Assembly: GCF_002075285.3 (NCBI RefSeq)
Contig: NZ_CP021983.2
Location: forward strand, 5,100,001-5,132,000
DNA from: Halomicronema hongdechloris C2206
GTDB lineage: Bacteria > Cyanobacteriota > Cyanobacteriia > Phormidesmidales > Phormidesmidaceae
DNA: 32,000 nt
Reading direction: 5' to 3'
Both the position numbers and the translations under genes were made by a program. How positions within the stretch are numbered: the first letter of the stretch is position 1; the number at the start of each line of letters is the position of its first letter. Positions 1-8,486 of the stretch are shown piece after piece. Below the pieces are notes generated by a model that saw only the letters and a list, made by a program, of their open reading frames with translations, was not told where the DNA came from and searched no databases.

Positions 1-960
1 CAGGGCCAAGATCAGGCCCAAGGGACCTAGAAAGGTGGCAAAGAAGATCTGGGCGATCAGGGTGGCAGCCGGCAGCAGGGACACCTGCTTCTGCATCATC
101 ATGGGGCTGAACCAGTAGCTCTCCAGGTTCTGAATCAGCACGTAGAGAACGAGCACGGCCACCGACTTGCCGGGTGACTGCAGCAGGGCCACAATCACGG
201 GGAACACGGCGCTGATGGCTGGGCCGATGTTGGGAATGAAGTTAAATAGCCCTGCCAGCACAGCATGGGCAAAGGCATAGGGCACCCCCAACAGCACCAG
301 CCCGGTAAAGCTGAGGATGGCGACAAAGGCAGAGTTGAAGCCGACGCCTCCCAGCCAGTTCAGCAAGGCCACTTCACACTTGGCCAGAATGTCGTTGGCC
401 CGACGGCGATACCAGGACGGCAACAGGCGCAGTAACAGGTGTCGGTAGGCCGGGGGATCGGTCAAAAACATCAGGGTGAGGGCGATCACCAGCAGCAGCT
501 GCAGCAAAATGGCGACGGAGCTGGAGAAGAAGTTGAAGAAATTGCCGAAGACTCGGCTGCCGATGCTGCCCACCTGTTGAATCAAGTCGGCATAGTCGGG
601 CACCTGGACGTCCTGCTGGGGAAACCAATCGGGGGGATTCTGGGCCAGTAGGTTGAGCCAGTCACGAATTTGATCGAACCCGGTGGGAATCAGCTCTAGG
701 AGTTCCTCAAACTGAGTGACAAAGAGGGGAACCACTAAGCCCACAAAGACCAAGCTGGCCAGGAAGGTCAGCCCTAGGGCCACGAACACGGCCCGTCCCC
801 GGGGCCAGCGGAACCATCGCATCAGCTTGCGCACCAAGCTATTGAGGGCGATGGCGATGACCATGGAGGCAAAAATTAGCAGCACGATCTGCCGGAATTG
901 CCACAGGATGATCAGGGCAATGACTAGGCAAACCAGGCTAATCCAGTCGGGGAGTTTCAC
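1..960 (-). CDS. AI-2E family transporter (PerM/UPF0118-like permease); the C-terminal end runs off the left edge of the window
   Basis: This ORF is missing from the supplied track because it has no stop codon inside the window. My own reverse-strand translation from GTG (958-960) reads VKLPDWISLVCLVIALIILWQFRQIVLLIFASMVIAIALNSLVRKL...GLFNFIPNIGPAISAVFPVIVALLQSP...IQNLESYWFSPMMMQKQVSLLPAATLIAQIFF and stays open down to position 1. The multi-TM pattern and the FIPNIGP and E..W..P..M motifs are typical of this family. An in-frame stop at 1039-1041 limits any upstream extension. Confidence 0.75.
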   Translation of the reverse strand, partial: MKLPDWISLVCLVIALIILWQFRQIVLLIFASMVIAIALNSLVRKLMRWFRWPRGRAVFVALGLTFLASLVFVGLVVPLFVTQFEELLELIPTGFDQIRDWLNLLAQNPPDWFPQQDVQVPDYADLIQQVGSIGSRVFGNFFNFFSSSVAILLQLLLVIALTLMFLTDPPAYRHLLLRLLPSWYRRRANDILAKCEVALLNWLGGVGFNSAFVAILSFTGLVLLGVPYAFAHAVLAGLFNFIPNIGPAISAVFPVIVALLQSPGKSVAVLVLYVLIQNLESYWFSPMMMQKQVSLLPAATLIAQIFFATFLGPLGLILAL

Positions 961-1089
961 GGGGGCACAGCCTATACATGGCTCTGCTGCAACTATAGCG
1001 GTGATCTGAGCCAGTAGATATGGCGTTGACCAGTTCGCTCAGTCGCGGTCAGGGAAACTAGGAGCTAGGGGAATGGCGATGGTTTCACG

Positions 1090-1674
1090 TCACTGCAGTT
1101 GATGGCCACACTGGCCGCAGAAGCGATCGCTAGGGCTGACGGGCTGACCACATTGGGTGCAGAAGCGACGATTGCCGGCACTGGTATCGGCATTGGCCGG
1201 GCGATTCTGCCCTGACTCGCCCATGCTCATGGCCATGTTCCCCATGCGCATTTGCATCGGTTGGGTATTCATCTGCATGTCTCCCATGGTCATGGGCTGC
1301 ATTGGCTGCATCGGCTGCATCGGCTGCATCGGCTGCATCGGTTCCATGTCGGGAATCGATGGGGTGGCTGGGGCTGCCGCCTGCTGCATGCCCATTTGCT
1401 GACAATTGCTCAGGTCGGGGGCTGACCCCAAGGCTCCCATCTGGTTGCCTTGCAGCTGTAGGTAGTGATCGCCCTGGGCTGTCGATAGCTTGATGAAGAC
1501 ATTGGCCCCACGGCGATACATTTCTGGAGGCTGGGTCCAGGCGCCGACCTGGAAGCGACTGCTCGCTTGTTGCTGCTGACCCGCACTGCTGGAGGCCAGG
1601 GTGATGATGGTGTCGGCACCGGCGTTGCTGAGGTAAATCCGCTGGCCGCTGCCTAGGTCACAGGTATATGCCAT
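1090..1674 (-). CDS. Zinc-ribbon domain protein with a Met/Gln/Pro-rich low-complexity linker (hypothetical)
   Basis: This is the long ORF 1090..1770, with the likely start at the internal ATG (MAYTCDLGSG...). The C-terminus FCTQCGQPVSPSDRFCGQCGHQL is a double CxxC zinc ribbon. The linker has 18 Met in 59 residues, including a 5x MQP run. Confidence 0.7.
   Translation of the reverse strand: MAYTCDLGSGQRIYLSNAGADTIITLASSSAGQQQQASSRFQVGAWTQPPEMYRRGANVFIKLSTAQGDHYLQLQGNQMGALGSAPDLSNCQQMGMQQAAAPATPSIPDMEPMQPMQPMQPMQPMQPMTMGDMQMNTQPMQMRMGNMAMSMGESGQNRPANADTSAGNRRFCTQCGQPVSPSDRFCGQCGHQLQ
1291..1347. repeat. In-frame 9-bp tandem repeat (CATNGGCTG, about 6 units) encoding (MQP)n on the minus strand
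   Basis: Read directly from the sequence: catgggctg cattggctg catcggctg catcggctg catcggctg catcggttc cat. Confidence 0.95.
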
Positions 1675-1891
1675 GATTGTTGCGCGGGTGAACTCCTGTT
1701 TTATTGTGATTTTAGTGCGCTTGCGATCGCATCTATGCCTCAGGGTTTTTACTCCCTCTGCCCTCCCCAACTGGACTGGGCATCACCGCCCCCGGCCTGG
1801 AATATCCCCCCTGCCGGAGCCTGGCCCAGACTTTTCAAACTCCCTTGGGCCATGTTAAGTCTGACTAAATAGCCCCCTTCCGTGCAGCCCC

Positions 1892-2200
1892 GTGGCCACC
1901 AAAAAAACATCGGGTAAGAGTCGATCCAGCAGTCAGCAGAACTCCTCGGCGCCGACGACATCCTCATCGTCGGCAGGATTCAAGGTGCAGATTTTTTATC
2001 TGGCCGCCCGCAGCAGCAATATCCCCAAGGCCCCGGTCAAAGATGCCCTGTGGTTTGCCACCTACCCGTTGATTCCGCGCCTGGGAGACTGCCTATTCCA
2101 CGATGGCGTCTACTACAAAGTCGAGCGGGTCTTCCTCTACGAAAACACCGCCCCCGGCTGGTGTGCCGACCTGGAAGTCAGCTACTACGGTCGCCGCTGA
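1892..2200 (+). CDS. Small hypothetical protein with a Ser-rich basic N-terminus (start uncertain; alternative GTG near 1984)
   Basis: A 102-aa ORF with a GTG start. It sits divergent from the zinc-ribbon gene and is followed about 180 nt downstream by an intrinsic terminator. I recognise no family. Confidence 0.45.
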   Translation: MATKKTSGKSRSSSQQNSSAPTTSSSSAGFKVQIFYLAARSSNIPKAPVKDALWFATYPLIPRLGDCLFHDGVYYKVERVFLYENTAPGWCADLEVSYYGRR

Positions 2201-2380
2201 TGGGCGGGGCGTAGATGATGGGTAGTGCTCACGACCCATCTGTGAGTGGCTCGTGAAATTTATGCATGATTTCCGTAAACCCACCTAGAGGCCATGATCA
2301 ATCCAGTAGGGTGAAAACATGGCCCAGCCGGTCATGGTCATCTCTGTTCGGTATCAACATACGGTGTCTCCTAAAACGGC

Positions 2381-2411
2381 TCCCTCAGCGAGAAGCTGGG
2401 GGATTTTTTTA
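2381..2411 (+). terminator. Rho-independent terminator
   Basis: The stem tccctcagc (2381-2389) pairs with gctggggga (2395-2403) with one mismatch, around the loop gagaa. A run of seven T (2404-2410) follows immediately. Confidence 0.6.
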
Positions 2412-2610
2412 TTCCAGGTCAAGCCAACCGGATAGCGCCGATGTTGACGCGACAACGGCAATCGTGGACGATGCCTCTGAGACGCCTCAACCTAGCCCAA
2501 CAACTACTCACCCTAATGGCCAAGTGCGATCGCAAGATTCTCCCTCTCTGCCAACCAGTCAGGCCATTGCCGAAGATACCCCATCCTCAGCACCGAAACA
2601 GCCCTAAGAA

Positions 2611-2724
2611 GACATTTGGAAACTCGGCTGAAAGCCCTGCCAGGCAAGCGTTTTAGAGCGTATGGTTCTGTTGGCCAGAATCCAGTCTAGAGCAAGGTTG
2701 CCGGGTCCTTTCCAAATATCCTCT
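2611..2724 (+). repeat. MITE-like dispersed element, copy 1 (~111 bp, terminal inverted repeat ATTTGGAAA...TTTCCAAAT)
   Basis: My by-eye alignment finds about 92% identity (9 mismatches over ~111 nt) to the reverse complement of 8487-8601. The 9-bp perfect TIR is at 2614-2622 and 2709-2717. Confidence 0.8.
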
Positions 2725-3092
2725 AAAGTGAGTTAGGTTAACAGCAATAGAATGCTAACCAGTGGGTTGTGGGTTGCCATTAGACAGATGGTCCTTCAGA
2801 GCACTCCCATCAATTGCATATCAGGAGAGCCTTAGAATCTTGCCTGAGCTGTGGCCAACCAACCATCGATCAGATCACATCAGATCACAAAAGTTTACAT
2901 CTTTGATTGCAGCGTTATCCCCGCAGGTAAAGCAAATCCAAAGTTTCCCCCCCTTTCCCGGCGATCCACCTAGGATCTCAGATAGTTGCGCATTAATTTT
3001 TCTGCCTTCAGTGATTAATCTCCCGCCTGAGGCCGAAAACTTGACCGGCTTTTCTCCGACGATGACATCACTCCGATGATGGAGTATTGGCT

Positions 3093-4088
3093 ATGAAACA
3101 AATTCCCGCATCTCTGCTGACCCTGGTAATCGGTGTCGTGGTCACGCTCATCAGCCTTTGGGTCGGGCAGAACCACGGCTGGTTACCTGAGCAAGCCTCA
3201 GAGCAAGCCGTCTTAGTCGATGACTTCTTTAATGTCATGGTGGTCATCGCCACAGCTCTCTTTCTGGTGGTCCAGGGCGCCATTCTGTTCGCTTTATTTC
3301 AGTTCCGCCAGCGCCAAGGCGACACCACAGATGGCGAGCCCATCGAAGGCAATTTACCCTTAGAAGCCTTCTGGACAGCCATTCCCGCCGTGATTGTCAT
3401 TGGTCTTGGCACCTACAGCGTCTATGTATTCCAGGAGATGGGAGGCTTTAATCCTGGTCTGCAGGAAGCCAACAGCCAAGGCACCATGGTGGCCCAAGTC
3501 ATGGATGAGCAGGTTAGCGATGTCGGGGCTCCCCTCGTCGACCATGGCGCCGCCGACAAGCAAGTTGCCGGCAATTATGGGTTTGGTGCTTCTCCTATGA
3601 AAGAGGGCAACACGCCTGATCTCACCGTTGAGGTCAAAGGCCTCCAATACGCCTGGATCTTCACCTATCCCGACAGTGGCATCGTCGATGGCGAGCTGCA
3701 TGTGCCGGCGAATCAGGATGTGCTGTTGAATATTTCCAGCCAGGATGTGATTCACTCCTTCTGGGTGCCGCAGTTTCGGCTGAAGCAAGATGCCATCCCC
3801 GGTGAGGAGACCGAACTCCGGTTCGTGGCAACGAAGCCAGGTACCTATTCGGTAGTCTGTGCCGAACTGTGTGGGGCCTATCATGGCGGCATGCGCACTC
3901 AGGTCATTGTCCACACTCCCGAGGATTTCGAGCAATGGCGAGAGAGCCGCGTTGCTCAGGCACCCCATCAGGACGAGACCGTGGCCGCTAATCCGGCAGA
4001 GATGACAGCGACTGACTATTTAGCCCCCGTTAGCCAAGCCCTAAATATCCATACCCATTCCCTCGCCCATCTTACGTCCGAGCAATAA
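3093..4088 (+). CDS. ctaC: Cytochrome c oxidase subunit II (aa3-type, CuA-containing)
   Basis: HSFWVPQF and the CuA ligand motif CAELCGAYHGGM are present, with two N-terminal TM helices. GGAG lies 8 nt upstream of ATG 3093. The track ORF begins at TTG 3087. Confidence 0.95.
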   Translation: MKQIPASLLTLVIGVVVTLISLWVGQNHGWLPEQASEQAVLVDDFFNVMVVIATALFLVVQGAILFALFQFRQRQGDTTDGEPIEGNLPLEAFWTAIPAVIVIGLGTYSVYVFQEMGGFNPGLQEANSQGTMVAQVMDEQVSDVGAPLVDHGAADKQVAGNYGFGASPMKEGNTPDLTVEVKGLQYAWIFTYPDSGIVDGELHVPANQDVLLNISSQDVIHSFWVPQFRLKQDAIPGEETELRFVATKPGTYSVVCAELCGAYHGGMRTQVIVHTPEDFEQWRESRVAQAPHQDETVAANPAEMTATDYLAPVSQALNIHTHSLAHLTSEQ

Positions 4089-4103
4089 TTTCCTATCTGC
4101 CTT

Positions 4104-5774
4104 ATGGCTCAAGCGAATCTTTCTCCCGAAGCCACGAAGACGCCCCCAATTGAAGGGCATCCCCATCTGCCAGACTGGAAATGGTATGACTATTTCACCT
4201 TCAATATCGATCACAAGGTGATCGGCATCCAGTACCTGGTGCTGGCCTTTATCTTCTATTTGATTGCTGGCTTGATGGCCGTGGCCATGCGCACCGAATT
4301 GGCCACGCCAGATTCCGACTTCATGGATCCGAGTCTGTACAATGCCCTGCTGACCAACCACGGCACCATCATGATTTTCCTGTGGATTGTGCCAGCGGCC
4401 ATCGGCGGCTTCGGCAATTATTTGGTGCCGTTGATGATCGGGGCTCGAGACATGGCCTTTCCCAAGCTGAATGCCTTAGCATTCTGGCTCAACCCACCAG
4501 CTGGAGCTCTCCTACTCGGTAGTTTTCTCTTCGGGGGGGCCCAGGCAGGCTGGACCTCCTATCCTCCCCTCAGCGTGATTACCGCCAATACGGCCCAGTC
4601 GATGTGGATCCTAGCCGTCGTACTGGTGGGGACCTCCTCGATTATGGGCTCCGTCAACTTCTTGGTCACCATCTGGAAGATGCGGGTGCCTAGCATGAAG
4701 TGGGATCAACTGCCCCTGTTTTGCTGGGCCATGGTGGCTACGTCATTTTTGGCCCTCTTCTCCACGCCGGTGTTAGCGGCAGGGCTGATTTTACTGCTGT
4801 TTGACATCAACTTCGGCACTGGCTTCTTCCAACCCGATGCCGGTGGCAATGTGGTGGTATACCAGCATTTGTTCTGGTTTTACTCCCACCCGGCGGTGTA
4901 TCTGATGATTTTGCCCATCTTCGGTATCATGTCGGAGGTGATCCCGGTCCATGCCCGCAAGCCCATCTTTGGCTATAAGGCCATTGCCTATTCCTCTTTG
5001 ACGATTTCCATCGTGGGGCTGTTTGTGTGGGTACACCACATGTTCACCAGCGGCACCCCTCCCTGGATGCGGATCTTCTTTACCATCTCCACCCTGATTG
5101 TGGCCGTGCCGACGGGCATTAAGATCTTCAGCTGGGTGGCCACGCTGTGGGGCGGCAAGATTCGCTTCACCAGTGCCATGTTGTTTGCCGTTGGCCTGCT
5201 GTCGATGTTCGTCTTCGGCGGCCTCAGCGGCGTTACTTTGGGCACGGCTCCCTTCGACATCCACGTCCACGACACCTATTACGTGGTGGGTCATTTTCAC
5301 TATGTGCTGTTTGGCGGCTCGGTCTTCGGCATCTATGCCGGTATCTACCACTGGTTCCCCAAGATGACTGGGCGCATGCTGAATGAGACCCTAGGCCGAC
5401 TGCACTTTGTCCTGACGTTCATCGGCACCAACCTGACCTTCGCACCCATGCACGAATTGGGCATGCAGGGCATGCCTCGACGGGTGGCCATGTACGATCC
5501 GCAGTTTGTCGGGCTGAATCAGCTGGCCACAATCGGGGCATTCACCCTGGGCATTTCAGTGCTGCCGATGTTGATCAACGTAATCTGGAGTTGGAGCCGC
5601 GGTCCCAAGGCGGGAGGCAATCCCTGGAATGCCCTGACCCTGGAGTGGACCACGCCCTCCCCGCCACCGGTGGAGAACTGGACGATATTGCCGGCGGTCA
5701 CCCATGGTCCCTACGAGTATGGGGTGGGCATTCAGCCTCCCCAACCGGATCAGCCAGCCTTAGATGAGGCATGA
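4104..5774 (+). CDS. ctaD: Cytochrome c oxidase subunit I
   Basis: A 556-aa polytopic protein carrying the haem-copper oxidase signatures WFYSHPAVY, HHMFT and GHFHYV. It starts 16 nt after ctaC. Confidence 0.97.
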   Translation: MAQANLSPEATKTPPIEGHPHLPDWKWYDYFTFNIDHKVIGIQYLVLAFIFYLIAGLMAVAMRTELATPDSDFMDPSLYNALLTNHGTIMIFLWIVPAAIGGFGNYLVPLMIGARDMAFPKLNALAFWLNPPAGALLLGSFLFGGAQAGWTSYPPLSVITANTAQSMWILAVVLVGTSSIMGSVNFLVTIWKMRVPSMKWDQLPLFCWAMVATSFLALFSTPVLAAGLILLLFDINFGTGFFQPDAGGNVVVYQHLFWFYSHPAVYLMILPIFGIMSEVIPVHARKPIFGYKAIAYSSLTISIVGLFVWVHHMFTSGTPPWMRIFFTISTLIVAVPTGIKIFSWVATLWGGKIRFTSAMLFAVGLLSMFVFGGLSGVTLGTAPFDIHVHDTYYVVGHFHYVLFGGSVFGIYAGIYHWFPKMTGRMLNETLGRLHFVLTFIGTNLTFAPMHELGMQGMPRRVAMYDPQFVGLNQLATIGAFTLGISVLPMLINVIWSWSRGPKAGGNPWNALTLEWTTPSPPPVENWTILPAVTHGPYEYGVGIQPPQPDQPALDEA

Positions 5775-5860
5775 GGTCTCCTCAGTCGTGATTGGGGCCC
5801 CACTGAGGGGCTTTCCCTTTCACTCTGGTTCTGGTTAACCCTGACGTTGTCGTTCAATGG

Positions 5861-6481
5861 ATGTCTATGCAAGGTACCGTCGACTCTCAGCCAGCTGCTT
5901 CCACAGCCACAGCAGCCCATCATCACGAAGAGCATCCTGATTTGCGAGTGCTGGGGCTGATTACGTTTTTGGCCTCGGAATTTCTCATGTTCTGTGGCTT
6001 CTTTGCCGTCTATTTAATCTATCGCTCGGCCTTGGCGGAGTGGCCACCGGAAGAAACGGAGGTGGAGCTGCTGTTGCCTGCCGTTAACACGGTGATTCTG
6101 GTGTCCTCCAGTCTTGTCATTCACTGGGGAGATACGGCCATCAAGCAAGGCGATGTAGCGGGCCTGCGTAAGTGGTATATCGTCACCGCCCTGATGGGAA
6201 CGGTATTCCTAGGTGGTCAAATCTATGAGTACGCCACCCTGGGTTATGGTCTTCGTACTAATCTGTTCAGCAACTGCTTCTACTTGATGACCGGCTTCCA
6301 CGGTCTCCATGTATTCATTGGCTTACTGCTAATCTTGGGTGTGCTGTGGCGGTCGCGTCGCCCGGGTCATTACAACGCCAACAAGCACACTGGCGTCGAA
6401 ATGGCCGAAATCTATTGGCACTTCGTAGACATCGTCTGGATTGTTCTGTTTACGCTGATCTATATCCTGACGTTGTTTTGA
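5861..6481 (+). CDS. ctaE: Cytochrome c oxidase subunit III
   Basis: A 206-aa protein with the GFHGLHV and YWHFVDIVW motifs. It is the third gene of the ctaCDE order. Confidence 0.93.
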   Translation: MSMQGTVDSQPAASTATAAHHHEEHPDLRVLGLITFLASEFLMFCGFFAVYLIYRSALAEWPPEETEVELLLPAVNTVILVSSSLVIHWGDTAIKQGDVAGLRKWYIVTALMGTVFLGGQIYEYATLGYGLRTNLFSNCFYLMTGFHGLHVFIGLLLILGVLWRSRRPGHYNANKHTGVEMAEIYWHFVDIVWIVLFTLIYILTLF

Positions 6482-6517
6482 TTGGATCTTGGATCTTGTC
6501 CAGGTCAGACCTAAACG

Positions 6518-6565
6518 CTAGTAGGCATTACAAAAGCTGATCCAGAGATTTGTGTCGATGATCAC
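6518..6565 (-). pseudogene. Remnant of a PIN-family toxin gene (first 15 codons, then a stop)
   Basis: One nt after the stop of the antitoxin-like ORF, a GTG opens VIIDTNLWISFCNAY and then TAG. xIIDTN(L/V)xIS is the characteristic N-terminal strand and first acidic residue of PIN toxins. An intact PIN domain would be about 130 aa. Confidence 0.4.
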
Positions 6566-6566
6566 T

Positions 6567-6803
6567 TTAAGGGGACTGTGGCCGGGCATGAAGTTCTTCC
6601 CTCACGGCTTCAACTTCTGCAGTAATATCTTCCATTGACAGCTCATTGGTACGAAAAGCATCGAGTAGCTGAGACAACTTTTGGTTTCTCAGCTCTTTTT
6701 CTAGTTCTTGACCGAGCTTAATTTTTTCGGACTCAGAGAGCTGCCTGACGAGCATTAGGATTTGGTCAAAGTTCAAAGGAAGTTGATAAATATTAGTGGT
6801 CAT
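6567..6803 (-). CDS. Small antitoxin-like protein (hypothetical; helical, Glu/Lys-rich)
   Basis: A 78-aa ORF (MTTNIYQLPLNFDQILMLVRQLSESEKIKLGQELEKEL...EDITAEVEAVREEL) in a visibly AT-richer stretch. It lies directly upstream of the PIN-like remnant in the usual antitoxin-toxin arrangement. Confidence 0.55.
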   Translation of the reverse strand: MTTNIYQLPLNFDQILMLVRQLSESEKIKLGQELEKELRNQKLSQLLDAFRTNELSMEDITAEVEAVREELHARPQSP

Positions 6804-6939
6804 GGCAATTATCTAAGTGAGGAACTTCGGATCCATAGATTGAATCATGGAGGCAGATGGCTCAGCTTTGGAAAAAGTAGGGTCCAAACAAGAGATTCAT
6901 ATTTTAGTTTAAGCTTACCAAAGTCTAGAAGCGATGTTT

Positions 6940-7158
6940 TCATAAGGTTGAGGTCAGGGAAAGCTCCCTAGGACTTACTTCACCCGGCTTACTCGGTAGT
7001 TGCTTCTGCCACACCGCAACACTCATTGATGGCATCACTATTGCATCTTCTTCAGAGGTGTCTTCTAGAGCCAGTAGCTTGGTATCGAGGTCGTCGGATG
7101 CTTGCAATAGGGTGTCTTGTTTTTGCACCAGGACCTGTAATTCGGCGTTGCTAGACAC
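6940..7158 (-). CDS. Questionable small ORF (hypothetical, acidic)
   Basis: A 72-aa ORF with a GTG start in the AT-richer islet. I recognise no motif. The upstream region 7159-7260 carries an ATG-initiated ORF of about 50 codons in another frame, so this could be a frameshifted remnant. Confidence 0.2.
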   Translation of the reverse strand: MSSNAELQVLVQKQDTLLQASDDLDTKLLALEDTSEEDAIVMPSMSVAVWQKQLPSKPGEVSPRELSLTSTL

Positions 7159-7312
7159 AATAAATGACCATTTTGTAGGGCCGGCATGGCCTTTAATGCG
7201 TCGGCTAGGTGTCGCATGGCCGCTGCGGCAGCCTCAGTATCTGCTACGGTTAGGGCACAATCGCAGTCACGGATGCTATGGTGCGTATTGCGCTGAACAG
7301 GGAGGTTAACCC

Positions 7313-7582
7313 ATGGCTAAATACGTGCTTTGGGGGCGTTACTGTGAAAACGTGCTGGAAAAACGCCAGCCTTACCGAGAGGCCCACCTGCAGGGCCTGA
7401 AGCAGCAGCAAGCGCAGGGAATTCTGGTATCCCTGGGTCCCACTGTCGACAATACCCATGTCTTTGGCATCTATGAGGCTGCGGACGAGGCGACGGTGCG
7501 GCAGTTGGTCGAGGCGGACCCTTACTGGCAGCATGGCATCTGGACCGACTATCAGGTTTACAAGTGGAACCAAGTCTTTTGA
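7313..7582 (+). CDS. YciI-like protein
   Basis: An 89-aa protein (MAKYVLWGRYC...REAHL...GILVSLGPTVD...VFGIYEAADEATVRQLVEADPYW). Its size and pattern fit the YCII-related domain. GGAGG lies upstream of the ATG. Confidence 0.7.
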   Translation: MAKYVLWGRYCENVLEKRQPYREAHLQGLKQQQAQGILVSLGPTVDNTHVFGIYEAADEATVRQLVEADPYWQHGIWTDYQVYKWNQVF

Positions 7583-7619
7583 GCTGGGCTAAAGGTTGAT
7601 AGGGAGAGGATGATTCTCG

Positions 7620-8459
7620 GTGGCCTATCCTCGCAAACGCTTTGGTCAGCACTGGTTGCGCAGCGAGCAGGTGCTGCATCGCATTCTTGAGGCGGCGGCG
7701 GTGTCGCGGTGCGATCGCATCTTAGAAATTGGCCCCGGCCAGGGCATCCTCACCCGCTGGCTGCTCTCCCTGGCAGACACGGTGATCGCGGTCGAAATCG
7801 ACTGGGATCTCTGCCGCAGTCTGCAGAACCAATTCCACCAGGCCGATAACTTAGTGCTACTGCAGGGAGACTTTCTGGAGCTAGATCTGAGCCAGGCCCT
7901 GGCCCGGTATCCCGACACGCAGTGGCCCAACAAAGTCGTCGCCAACATCCCCTACTACATCACCGGCCCTATCCTAGAGCGGCTCTTGGGCACCATGGCC
8001 CAGCCTGCCCCCCATCCCTACGACTCGATCGTGCTGCTGCTGCAGCGGGATGTGGCCGAACGCCTCTACGCCAGCCCTGGCTCCAAGACCTTCGGCGCCC
8101 TATCGGTGCGGGTACAGTATCTGGCCCAGTGTGAGTTGATCTGTCCTGTGCCTCCCCAGGCCTTCCAGCCGCCACCCAAGGTAGACTCCGCCGTGGTGCG
8201 GCTGACGCCACGGCCCCAACCCTGGGTCGTCAAAGATCCTCAAAAGCTGCAACAGTGGGTCACCCTGGGCTTCGCCAACAAGCGCAAGATGTTGCGCAAC
8301 AACCTCAAGGGCGTCATCGATCGAGATCATCTGATGGCAGTGATGGAACAATTGGGCCTAGACCCCAAGGCCCGGGCCGAAGATCTCAGCGTCGAGCAAT
8401 GGGTGGCCCTGAGTAATCAGACCCTGACCCCCGAGCCCGAGCCCGAGACGAAAGGATAG
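7620..8459 (+). CDS. rsmA: 16S rRNA (adenine1518-N6/adenine1519-N6)-dimethyltransferase
   Basis: The N-terminus is KRFGQHWL, the SAM-binding loop is LEIGPGQGILT and the ANIPYYITGPIL motif is present. The ORF starts with GTG. Confidence 0.93.
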   Translation: MAYPRKRFGQHWLRSEQVLHRILEAAAVSRCDRILEIGPGQGILTRWLLSLADTVIAVEIDWDLCRSLQNQFHQADNLVLLQGDFLELDLSQALARYPDTQWPNKVVANIPYYITGPILERLLGTMAQPAPHPYDSIVLLLQRDVAERLYASPGSKTFGALSVRVQYLAQCELICPVPPQAFQPPPKVDSAVVRLTPRPQPWVVKDPQKLQQWVTLGFANKRKMLRNNLKGVIDRDHLMAVMEQLGLDPKARAEDLSVEQWVALSNQTLTPEPEPETKG

Positions 8460-8486
8460 CAGTGGCTCGAAACCCCCATCGCCGTG

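Noticed and set aside
2266-2656. Track ORFs 2266..2607 and 2441..2656 as protein-coding genes
   Set aside because: They read through an intrinsic terminator (2381-2411) and into the MITE-like repeat. They have low-complexity Ser/Pro-rich translations and no RBS or motif support.
4791-5351. The 186-aa minus-strand ORF inside ctaD, along with similar antisense ORFs in ctaC, the HtrA-type protease gene, the carotenoid oxygenase gene, the antiporter and the transporter genes
   Set aside because: They are fully embedded antisense to genes with unambiguous family motifs. Their Arg/Gly/His-rich composition is typical of the antisense frame in GC-rich DNA.
3093-6481. Whether ctaCDE is the alternative respiratory terminal oxidase (ARTO, ctaCII-DII-EII) rather than the mitochondrial-type oxidase
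   Set aside because: Subunit II retains the complete CuA ligand motif C-x-E-x-C-G-x2-H-x2-M (CAELCGAYHGGM), which to my knowledge ARTO subunit II lacks. The standard aa3-type assignment is therefore kept.
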